From contig CAYHPL010000001.1 in the NCBI GenBank assembly GCA_964358705.1, forward strand, positions 129,202-193,201: a DNA stretch of 64,000 nucleotides, given 5' to 3'. Every line of letters starts with the position of its first letter. Within the stretch, counting starts at the first letter, position 1. The stretch comes from an uncultured Chitinophagales bacterium (GTDB lineage Bacteria; Bacteroidota; Ignavibacteria; UBA10030; F1-140-MAGs086). A program made the translations under genes and the position numbers. Positions 1 through 7,900 of this stretch are shown piece by piece. The notes beneath the pieces were generated by a model, which was not told where the DNA came from, did not search any database, and saw nothing but the letters and a program-made list of their open reading frames with translations.

Positions 1-785
1 CAATCACAGATACCCTTGTTGCGACGGGAAGTGTTGTCGGTGCGCCCGCATTACTTGAAATTACTCCTGATGGTAGTAAATTATACATTTCACAATTTAC
101 ATCAAGCACAAAATTAATTTCCGTGATGAATACGGCAACGATGACTGTACAAAAAACAATTCCGGTCTGGACAATGCCGCACGGAATCAGAATGAATAAA
201 GCAGGAACGCGCTTGTATGTTGCAAATATGATGTCGGATAATATTTCCGTAATTGATGTTGCAACGGATAGCGTTATTGAAACAATTCCACTGGCGTTTG
301 ATGCAAATCCGTTTGGTCCGACAAAATATGCGCCGATGGAATTAGCCGTCTCACCAAACGATTCGACTGTTCTGGTAACGTGTTCTGAACATCAGGAAGT
401 GAGAATGTTTTCAGCGGCAACAAATACGTTGATTGATTCCTTTCAGATTGGCGACCAGCCGTGGCATTTAGATTTTACTCCTGATGGAGAATATTGTTAC
501 GTTACCAATCGTCGCGGCAATTCCGTATCGCAAATTCATTTGCCGATGCGCACGGTAATGAATACAATTGTTGCTCCGTCGGATTTTGACTATCCGCATG
601 GATGTGTAACTTCTCCAGATGGAAAATATATTTTTGTTTCTAATGAAAATACGAATCATCATTTTGTTCCGCGCTACAGTCTGGATTTTATGGGAAACAT
701 TTGCGTAATAAATCATCTCACAAATCAAATAGAAAAAGTGTTGGAAGTCGGAAAAACGCCAACAGGAATTTCTGTACTTCACTAA
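1..785 (+). CDS. YVTN-family beta-propeller repeat protein (5-prime partial; frame continues from window start)
   Basis: Open frame from nt 3 in the same frame as ORF 123..785. Repeated ~40-aa units resemble YVTN/lactonase-type beta-propeller blades (SPDG.Y.YVTN). Confidence 0.55.
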   Translation, partial: ITDTLVATGSVVGAPALLEITPDGSKLYISQFTSSTKLISVMNTATMTVQKTIPVWTMPHGIRMNKAGTRLYVANMMSDNISVIDVATDSVIETIPLAFDANPFGPTKYAPMELAVSPNDSTVLVTCSEHQEVRMFSAATNTLIDSFQIGDQPWHLDFTPDGEYCYVTNRRGNSVSQIHLPMRTVMNTIVAPSDFDYPHGCVTSPDGKYIFVSNENTNHHFVPRYSLDFMGNICVINHLTNQIEKVLEVGKTPTGISVLH

Positions 786-804
786 TTTTACAAAGGAAAC
801 TACA

Positions 805-2118
805 ATGAAAAAATATTCTTCTCTCTTGTTTATCGTCGTTGCATTTCTGGTTTTTCTTTTTGGATGCAAAAAAGATGAAACGCCACCGACGGATAATAAC
901 ACCGGTGCGAAATTCAAACTTACAGATTTTGAATCTGCAACATCCTGTTCAACATGCCATCCGCAATATTATGAAGAGTGGAAAGGTTCAATGCATCGCT
1001 ATTCCACCAGCGACCCGATTTGGATGCTTGCAAATAACAGTTTACAGCAAAGCACAAACGGCGTCTTAAAATCAACGTGCTTTCAATGCCATTCGCCAAT
1101 CGGATTTCTTACCGGAAATGCGCCTCCTAATTTTCAATTCAATGATTTAAAAGATATTGTGCGTGAAGGAATTAATTGCGATGTCTGCCATAGAATGGTG
1201 CCGCCGCATACGACGACGAGCGGACGCATTGCATACAATTTGAAAAAAGGCAACGTAAAATACGGACAACTCGTTGACGCAGTGGATGCAGGCGCTCACG
1301 AAAACGGATACGATGCTTCTTTTGAGCGCTCCGAAATGTGCAGAGAGTGTCACGACTTAATTTCAAATGGTGTTCCGGTTGAAGTTACGTTTACAGAATG
1401 GCAAAACAGTCCGTGGGGCGCGATGTCTGTGGAATGTCAGGATTGCCACATGCAAACCTATACAGGAAGAGCAGCAACAGGCGGACCGATTCGCGAAAAT
1501 TTACATCGGCACGATATGGTTGGTGTTGATGTTGCAATTTCAGATTTTCCCTATCGTGCAGAGCAACGCGCGCAAATTGATTCGCTATTAAAAAATTCTG
1601 CGACACTCACTGTCGTTTCACCATCTTCTGCAAATGTTACGGATTCAATTCTTGTCGCAGTCAATGTATATAACGATAAAACGGGGCATAATTTACCGAC
1701 ATCGGTATTTTTCAATCGGCAAATGTGGATTGAAGTGAATATCTGGAATGCAACAGACACGGTGTATCGTTCCGGAAATCTGGATGCAAACGGTGATTTG
1801 ATGGATAAAAGTAGCGCATTGTCTCCCAACGCTGATAAAGATTTGAAATTATTTGCTGGAACATTATATAAAAACGGACATGAATCCAATGTGTTTGAAA
1901 TGGATTCTCTCGTAAATAATTCCATTCCGCCATTTGCTTCCCGCACTGCAAATTATAAATTTAAAGTGCCTTCATCGGGAACGTGGAATGTAAGTGTGCG
2001 TTTACTATTCCGCCCATTTGGTCCGTATCTGTTTCGTGCGCTCAATGCACACCAATATTTGACGGAACTCCCAATCTTTGAAATGGAAAAAGAGCAATCT
2101 GTTATTATTGTTCAGTAG
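805..2118 (+). CDS. multiheme c-type cytochrome lipoprotein (5 CxxCH)
   Basis: Signal peptide plus lipobox (LFGC); five heme-binding motifs: CSTCH, CFQCH, CDVCH, CRECH, CQDCH. Confidence 0.8.
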   Translation: MKKYSSLLFIVVAFLVFLFGCKKDETPPTDNNTGAKFKLTDFESATSCSTCHPQYYEEWKGSMHRYSTSDPIWMLANNSLQQSTNGVLKSTCFQCHSPIGFLTGNAPPNFQFNDLKDIVREGINCDVCHRMVPPHTTTSGRIAYNLKKGNVKYGQLVDAVDAGAHENGYDASFERSEMCRECHDLISNGVPVEVTFTEWQNSPWGAMSVECQDCHMQTYTGRAATGGPIRENLHRHDMVGVDVAISDFPYRAEQRAQIDSLLKNSATLTVVSPSSANVTDSILVAVNVYNDKTGHNLPTSVFFNRQMWIEVNIWNATDTVYRSGNLDANGDLMDKSSALSPNADKDLKLFAGTLYKNGHESNVFEMDSLVNNSIPPFASRTANYKFKVPSSGTWNVSVRLLFRPFGPYLFRALNAHQYLTELPIFEMEKEQSVIIVQ

Positions 2119-2189
2119 TTTAGTTAAACGAAATTTCGGATATTTTGTCCAAGAAAAGTTTTAATCCACCATTATTTTAAAAAAACATT

Positions 2190-2651
2190 ATGAAATATTT
2201 TATAACCTTACTTACTCTTCTCTTTATCACTTCTTCGCTCATTGCCGCTCCAACAAAAAAATACGGCAAAAAACTTTCTGTGAAACAAGTAACAAAAGTT
2301 TCCGATATCCTTGCAACTCCGGAAAAATATGACGGAAAAAAAGTGCTTGTTGAAGGAACTATTGTTAATGTGTGCAAAAAGCGCGGTTGCTGGATGGAGA
2401 TTGGCAGTGAGAAAGAATTTGAATCCATTCGCTTCAAAGTCGAAGATGGCGTAATGGTATTTCCGCTTGATGCAAAAGGAAAAAAGGCGCGCGCCGAAGG
2501 AATTGTTTCCGTTGAAACATACACAGTAGAAGAATTGATTGAAGAAGGTAAAAAGCACGCAAAAGAATCGGGCGAAAAATTTGATGAGTCAAGTATAAAA
2601 GGTCCCGAAACAACCGTAAAAATTATGGGTGAAGGTGCAGAAATAAAATAA
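2190..2651 (+). CDS. DUF4920-domain secreted protein
   Basis: Signal peptide; the YDGKKV..EGTIVNVCKKRGCWMEI core is typical of DUF4920. Confidence 0.55.
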   Translation: MKYFITLLTLLFITSSLIAAPTKKYGKKLSVKQVTKVSDILATPEKYDGKKVLVEGTIVNVCKKRGCWMEIGSEKEFESIRFKVEDGVMVFPLDAKGKKARAEGIVSVETYTVEELIEEGKKHAKESGEKFDESSIKGPETTVKIMGEGAEIK

Positions 2652-2657
2652 TTATTT

Positions 2658-3245
2658 TTGCTTTTCGTGAACGAACAGAAACCATTCCGATGGCGCAAAT
2701 GGAATAATATTCTCCATCGCGATATCGGATATTTAATAGTCGGATTGACGGTGATTTATGGCATTTCAGGAATTGCCGTCAATCATATTCAGGATTGGAA
2801 TCCGAATTACAGCATTGAAAAGGAATTTGTAACCATTGCGCCATTGGTTGCAATTTCCAAAGAAGAACAAATTGAAGAAGCACAAAAAAAATTATCATTG
2901 CGTGAAGAACTCAATGATGCGTTTCGTCCGGATTCTGCAACGTTGCAACTTTTTTATGAAGAAAAAACATATTCCGTTGATATTCCGACGGGAAATGTTC
3001 TCATTGAAACAACGCGCGAACGTCGTGTATTGTACGAGATGAATCAACTGCATCTGAATACACCGAAAGGGATATGGACATTCATCGCAGACCTTTTTGC
3101 ATTTAGTTTGATAGTTGTTGCAATTACAGGAATATTTGTTCTCAAAGGAAAAAACGGCATTACAGGTCGCGGCGCTTGGATGACGGCAATTGGCATACTT
3201 GTTCCCGTTTTGTACTGGATTTACTATTTATATTTTACAGAATGA
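2658..3245 (+). CDS. PepSY-associated TM-helix protein
   Basis: N-terminal W.R..H...G......L....SGI pattern and two TM segments. Confidence 0.45.
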   Translation: MLFVNEQKPFRWRKWNNILHRDIGYLIVGLTVIYGISGIAVNHIQDWNPNYSIEKEFVTIAPLVAISKEEQIEEAQKKLSLREELNDAFRPDSATLQLFYEEKTYSVDIPTGNVLIETTRERRVLYEMNQLHLNTPKGIWTFIADLFAFSLIVVAITGIFVLKGKNGITGRGAWMTAIGILVPVLYWIYYLYFTE

Positions 3246-4243
3246 ACCAACAATTACATCTCTTACGCGATACCTACAATCGTGAGCATAAGTATTTGCG
3301 CATAGCAATTACGGAGCGATGTAATTTGCGTTGCCGCTATTGTATGCCGTCCGAAGGTATTGCACTAAAACCGCGCGCAGAACTCCTCACGTTTGATGAA
3401 ATTGAAACACTCGCAAAAATTTTTGTAGAACTTGGCATTGAAAAAATTCGCGTTACGGGAGGTGAACCGTTGGTGCGCAATGGCGTTGAGAAACTGTGTG
3501 AACGCATTGCAAAAATTTCTGATTTAAAAACTCTTGCAATTACTACCAATGGCGTATTGCTTGAAGAAAAAGCACAACAGTTAAAAGATGCCGGCGTCAA
3601 GAATATTAATATCAGTCTTGATACGCTGCAACGGGAACGATTTGAACACGTTGCATTACGTGGAGAATTTGAAAGTGTTATTCGGGGAATTGAATCTGCA
3701 TTGCAAGTAGGATTTTCATCTATAAAAATCAATGTTGTAGTAATGCGCAATTTCAATGATGATGAACTGCCGGACTTTGTAGAATTTGCCAAAGCGCTTT
3801 CGCTCAATGTTCGCTTCATAGAATATATGCCATTTCTCGGCAACGGATGGAATGAAGTGCAGTTTGTTTCGTACAAAGAAATGAAGGAGTGTATTTCAGA
3901 AAAACACGAACTCATCCCGCTTACATCTGATGAAGTGCTTCCCGGTCCCGCAAAAGATTTTCGTATCGCAGGAAGCAATGCAACCGTTGGATTTATTACC
4001 ACGATGAGCGAGCATTTTTGCGGAGATTGTAATCGCTTGCGTTTGACCGCAGATGGAAAAATGCGCAATTGTCTTTTTGCTTCCGGTGAAATTGATTTGA
4101 AACATCATCTGCGTTCAGGCGCATCGCAGGCAGAACTCTCCGCGCTTATTCACAAATGTGTAATGCAAAAATGGGAAAAACATCCCGAAGCGGAAGAACT
4201 CATTGGGCAACAGAATCGTGCAATGATTGCAATCGGAGGATAA
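3242..4243 (+). CDS. moaA: GTP 3',8-cyclase MoaA (radical SAM)
   Basis: CNLRCRYC radical-SAM motif; MoaA-like throughout. Start moved to the ATG at 3242 (MNQQLHLLRD..), because the listed start at 3176 overlaps the upstream gene. Confidence 0.9.
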   Translation: MNQQLHLLRDTYNREHKYLRIAITERCNLRCRYCMPSEGIALKPRAELLTFDEIETLAKIFVELGIEKIRVTGGEPLVRNGVEKLCERIAKISDLKTLAITTNGVLLEEKAQQLKDAGVKNINISLDTLQRERFEHVALRGEFESVIRGIESALQVGFSSIKINVVVMRNFNDDELPDFVEFAKALSLNVRFIEYMPFLGNGWNEVQFVSYKEMKECISEKHELIPLTSDEVLPGPAKDFRIAGSNATVGFITTMSEHFCGDCNRLRLTADGKMRNCLFASGEIDLKHHLRSGASQAELSALIHKCVMQKWEKHPEAEELIGQQNRAMIAIGG

Positions 4244-4329
4244 TTCATTGATTGCAATATTGGTCGCTTTTTTTTAACTAAAAATTACCGAAAGTATTTT
4301 TATAATTTACAAACACAAAGTTTATTCAT

Positions 4330-4357
4330 CCTTCGTTGTTCAGCGAAGGTTTTTTAT
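4330..4357 (+). terminator. rho-independent terminator after moaA
   Basis: Hairpin CCTTCG-TTGTTCAG-CGAAGG followed by TTTTTTATTTT. Confidence 0.5.
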
Positions 4358-4383
4358 TTTATTTTTCAAAGAAGGGAAACTCT

Positions 4384-6576
4384 ATGAAAAAAATATCTTT
4401 GTATCCGCACACAGTGAGAAATTTGTTTTCACTGATGATGTTATTTGTTTTATACGCTGTCTCAGTTGGAGCGCAGCAGAAGCAAAAATTTATTGATGAA
4501 GTGCTTGTCGCTGTTCCACAAAAAACACTTCGGAACTTACAATCAATTGTACCAAACGCAGTACATCTTTACCAGCGATTGCCGGATGTGTACATTGCAG
4601 GGATGGAGAAAAAAACGGTAAAATATTTACAAAAGAAAAGAATGTCCGTTGAAGTAATTGATGAATATCCCTGGCTTGACCGGTACGCAGTTGTTGAAGA
4701 ATTCATTTCGGCTCCGTATTTGCGTATAGAAGATTTGGCGAAAGTACTCTTGCGTACAGATGATATATGTGTTGTCAAAGGTACAATGCAAACATTTGAA
4801 AATTTAAAACGAGCCGGATATTCTTTTGCAGAAATGGAGAGAAAAGAAATTGAATATGCAAGAACGAAAATATTGATGCCAGTAAATTTTACATTACAAA
4901 AGTATGAAACAATAGATAGTATTATTTCTTTTGTTTCCGATACATCAATACGCGATTATATTCAGCAAATGCAAAATTTCGGCACACGTCATTGGAATCA
5001 GCCGAATCGCGATAGTGTGTTTCGCTGGGTGAAAAATAAATTTCTCGCAACGGGAATTACTGATGTGCAGTATGACAGTTTTTCATACAACAGCACGTGG
5101 CAAAAAAATATTATTGCAACAATTCCCGGTTCGCTTGACCCATCTGCAGAAATGATAGTTGGAGGACATCTTGATTCGTACTCATCAAATCAGCAGCAAG
5201 CGCCCGGTGCAGATGATAACGCAAGCGGTACTGCCGCGGCGCTCGAAATGGCGCGTGTACTGAAACTTGTGAATTATCAACCGTCGTTCACTTTTCGATT
5301 TATGGGATTTGCCGCAGAAGAAGCCGGATTGCGCGGCAGTGCGGATTATGCAGCGAAAGCAGACGCACAAGACAGAGATATTCGCGCAATGTTAAATTAT
5401 GATATGATTGCCAACCGCACGCAATCGCAATCCGATAGAGATTATTTGCAAGTGTGGTACGAAGGCGCGAAAAGTTTCTCGGATGTACATTCACAAATAG
5501 CAATAATGTACACAACGCTGACACCTGTTTTCACAACACAATATCGCAGTGGCAGCGATAGTTGGTCTTTTTATCAACACGGTTACCCTGCAACGTTTTG
5601 CATTGAAAGAGATTTTTCACCGTACTATCATTCGCCGAATGACCAGTTGCAATATCTTGATATGATGTATGCGAAAGATATTGTGAAATCAGGTCTTGCT
5701 ACATTACTGACGCTTGATATGCTTCCGCCGAATGTAAGAAATTTATCAGCGCGGGATAAAGGAAACGGCACGTCCATTTTTATATCGTGGGATAGTGTAA
5801 AAGTTCCGGATTGGAGTACGTACAAAATATATGTCGGTACTTCTTCCGGAAATTACGATACAAATTTTACTGTCACATCACGTACAAAATTTATTACCGG
5901 ATTAACACAGAACTTACAATATTTTATCGGCGTTTCTATCGTTGATTTGGTTGGAAGAGAAGGAATGATTTCAGAAATTTCTGCAACACCGCGAGTGATT
6001 CCGAATGCGCCGACAGGAATTACTGCTACACCGATATTGTGGTCAATCATTTTATCGTGGAATAATAATCGCGAAATGGATATGCACTCATACAAATTAT
6101 ATCGCGCTGTTTCTCCTTCAACGGAGTTTACGTTGTATTCCACGTTGCCGTATCCTGATACGATGTTTGTTGAAGATGACACTATCAGTGCAGGATTGTA
6201 TTCGTACTTTGTAACCGCCATTGATTCCGCTGGAAATGAAAGTGCAACATCGGATACAGTTTCTGCAAGCCCGATAACAGATGTTCACGAAGGAAATGAA
6301 AGCAATCCGACAGAAATTACGTTGATGCAAAATTTTCCGAATCCGTTCAATCCGCAAACGGTTATTGGTTTTTCACTGTTGGCTTCCGGGAATGTATCAT
6401 TGAAAGTATTTGATGTTCTGGGAAGAGAAGTTGCAACGCTGTTATACAATGAAACAATGCAAGCCGGAAAACACGAAATACAATTTGATGCAAGCGCACT
6501 GACAAGCGGTGTGTATGTGTATCAATTAACAACGCAGAAAAAAACACTGACACACAAAATGCTTTTGATGAAATAA
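4384..6576 (+). CDS. M28-family zinc aminopeptidase with FN3-like domains and T9SS C-terminal sorting domain
   Basis: M28 motifs HLDS, GADDNASG, FMGFAAEEAGLRGS. C-terminal FPNPFNPQTVIGF...HKMLLMK is a T9SS C-terminal domain. Signal peptide begins at MKKISL (4384); the hairpin at 4330-4349 argues against the listed 4336 start. Confidence 0.8.
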   Translation: MKKISLYPHTVRNLFSLMMLFVLYAVSVGAQQKQKFIDEVLVAVPQKTLRNLQSIVPNAVHLYQRLPDVYIAGMEKKTVKYLQKKRMSVEVIDEYPWLDRYAVVEEFISAPYLRIEDLAKVLLRTDDICVVKGTMQTFENLKRAGYSFAEMERKEIEYARTKILMPVNFTLQKYETIDSIISFVSDTSIRDYIQQMQNFGTRHWNQPNRDSVFRWVKNKFLATGITDVQYDSFSYNSTWQKNIIATIPGSLDPSAEMIVGGHLDSYSSNQQQAPGADDNASGTAAALEMARVLKLVNYQPSFTFRFMGFAAEEAGLRGSADYAAKADAQDRDIRAMLNYDMIANRTQSQSDRDYLQVWYEGAKSFSDVHSQIAIMYTTLTPVFTTQYRSGSDSWSFYQHGYPATFCIERDFSPYYHSPNDQLQYLDMMYAKDIVKSGLATLLTLDMLPPNVRNLSARDKGNGTSIFISWDSVKVPDWSTYKIYVGTSSGNYDTNFTVTSRTKFITGLTQNLQYFIGVSIVDLVGREGMISEISATPRVIPNAPTGITATPILWSIILSWNNNREMDMHSYKLYRAVSPSTEFTLYSTLPYPDTMFVEDDTISAGLYSYFVTAIDSAGNESATSDTVSASPITDVHEGNESNPTEITLMQNFPNPFNPQTVIGFSLLASGNVSLKVFDVLGREVATLLYNETMQAGKHEIQFDASALTSGVYVYQLTTQKKTLTHKMLLMK

Positions 6577-6578
6577 TA

Positions 6579-7544
6579 ATGATAACGCAGAGACGCATTG
6601 CACCACACTGCGTCTCTGCACAATATGTACTTATGCTTGATATATCTAAAAAAATAAAGACTCTTCGTACCGCCGTTGCACAGGCAACACTCACGCTTTC
6701 TCCTGCAACAATTGCATTGCTGCGCGAAAATAAAATTCCCAAAGGCAATCCGCTCGAAGTGGCAAAAGTTGCAGCCATACAAGCCGCAAAAAACACAAGC
6801 CAGATTATTCCATACTGTCATCCGCTGCCGGTAGATTTTGCCGGTGTTACGTATGAAATTACCACGGCAACAATTATTGCAACAGTAACGGTAAAAGCAA
6901 TTTACAAAACCGGCGTAGAAATGGAAGCGCTCACTGCCGCATCTGTCTGTGTGCTGACATTGTACGATATGATGAAAATGCTCGACGAAGAAATGGAAAT
7001 CTCAGATATCAAACTCATCAGTAAAACCGGCGGCAAATCCGATTTTCGTGATACATTTGAAACACCGTTGCGTGCCGCAGTGCTTGTTATGTCCGATTCA
7101 ATTTCATCGGGAAAAAAAACTGATGCGTCGGGACAATTGATTGTCGAACGCTTAAAAAAAGAAAACGTAGAAATTGCCGACTATAAAATTATTCCCGATG
7201 ATGTAGAGACAATTGCAAAATTACTTATCACGTATGCCGACGAAATGAAACTTGATTTGGTAATCACTACCGGCGGTACAGGATTCAGTCCGCGCGATAC
7301 AACACCCGAAGCAATGCAAAAGATTATCGAACGCGAAATTCCCGGCATTCCCGAAACGATACGTGCGTATGGACAGGAACGAACGCCGTATGCAATGCTA
7401 TCACGCGGGAAGGCAGGAATTCGCGGCAACACAATTATAATGAATCTTCCCGGTTCAAAAAGAGGTGTCGCCGAGTCTCTCGATGCATTATTTCCGGTGG
7501 TGCTTCATTCATTGAAGATGCTGTGGGGCGGCGGGCATAAGTAA
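6579..7544 (+). CDS. moaC: bifunctional MoaC (cyclic pyranopterin monophosphate synthase) / MogA-MoaB-like molybdopterin adenylyltransferase fusion
   Basis: N-terminal half has MoaC motifs (MLDIS, KGNPLEVAKVAAIQAAKNTSQIIPYCHPLP, GVEMEALTAASV). C-terminal half has MogA/MoaB motifs (ITTGGTGFSPRD, GIPETIR, GSKRG). An alternative start at 6633 (MLDISKK) is possible. Confidence 0.8.
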   Translation: MITQRRIAPHCVSAQYVLMLDISKKIKTLRTAVAQATLTLSPATIALLRENKIPKGNPLEVAKVAAIQAAKNTSQIIPYCHPLPVDFAGVTYEITTATIIATVTVKAIYKTGVEMEALTAASVCVLTLYDMMKMLDEEMEISDIKLISKTGGKSDFRDTFETPLRAAVLVMSDSISSGKKTDASGQLIVERLKKENVEIADYKIIPDDVETIAKLLITYADEMKLDLVITTGGTGFSPRDTTPEAMQKIIEREIPGIPETIRAYGQERTPYAMLSRGKAGIRGNTIIMNLPGSKRGVAESLDALFPVVLHSLKMLWGGGHK

Positions 7545-7900
7545 GTCGAATAATAGATACATTTCATTTACAGCATTTCGGGACGGTCTTATTTAATTTG
7601 AATGCCAAATGATTTTGGTTGACACTCATTAATGAGAGCCATAACAGCTCCAATTTTATTTGGTCGTGATAGCTGATAAGTTTAAGAATCGTAATTGAGA
7701 GATTTCTCCTTCTTGCTGAACTCTTTGAAAAGAGTATAATGAGTGGTTTGAGCATTAGTTTCGTTAAATAAATTTTGAATTTTTTATTTGTATTTGAAAT
7801 CCATTCGGCTGTCAATTTGCACCAATCCGTTTTTGATTAAGCATTGGCGATTTGGCACATTTGCTTTTGCAGCCATTGAAACGTCCTAAAATGCGTTGGC

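Noticed and set aside
3176-3241. Upstream start for moaA (MDDGNW...)
   Set aside because: It overlaps the preceding gene by 70 nt and does not align to the MoaA N-terminus. The ATG at 3242 (MNQQLHLL) does.
3337-4068. 243-aa antisense ORF inside moaA (and similar antisense ORFs at 6362..6796, 20801..21568, 21697..22392, 47276..49016, 49788..50432, 61506..61973)
   Set aside because: These lie entirely inside well-supported genes on the opposite strand and have low-complexity or biased composition. They are typical shadow ORFs.
4336-4383. Upstream start for the M28 peptidase (MFSEGFLFYF)
   Set aside because: It overlaps the terminator hairpin at 4330-4349. The signal peptide begins at the ATG at 4384.
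7564-7815. 83-aa ORF in the island's left flank
   Set aside because: No domain and AT-rich junk composition. It is more likely non-coding flank.
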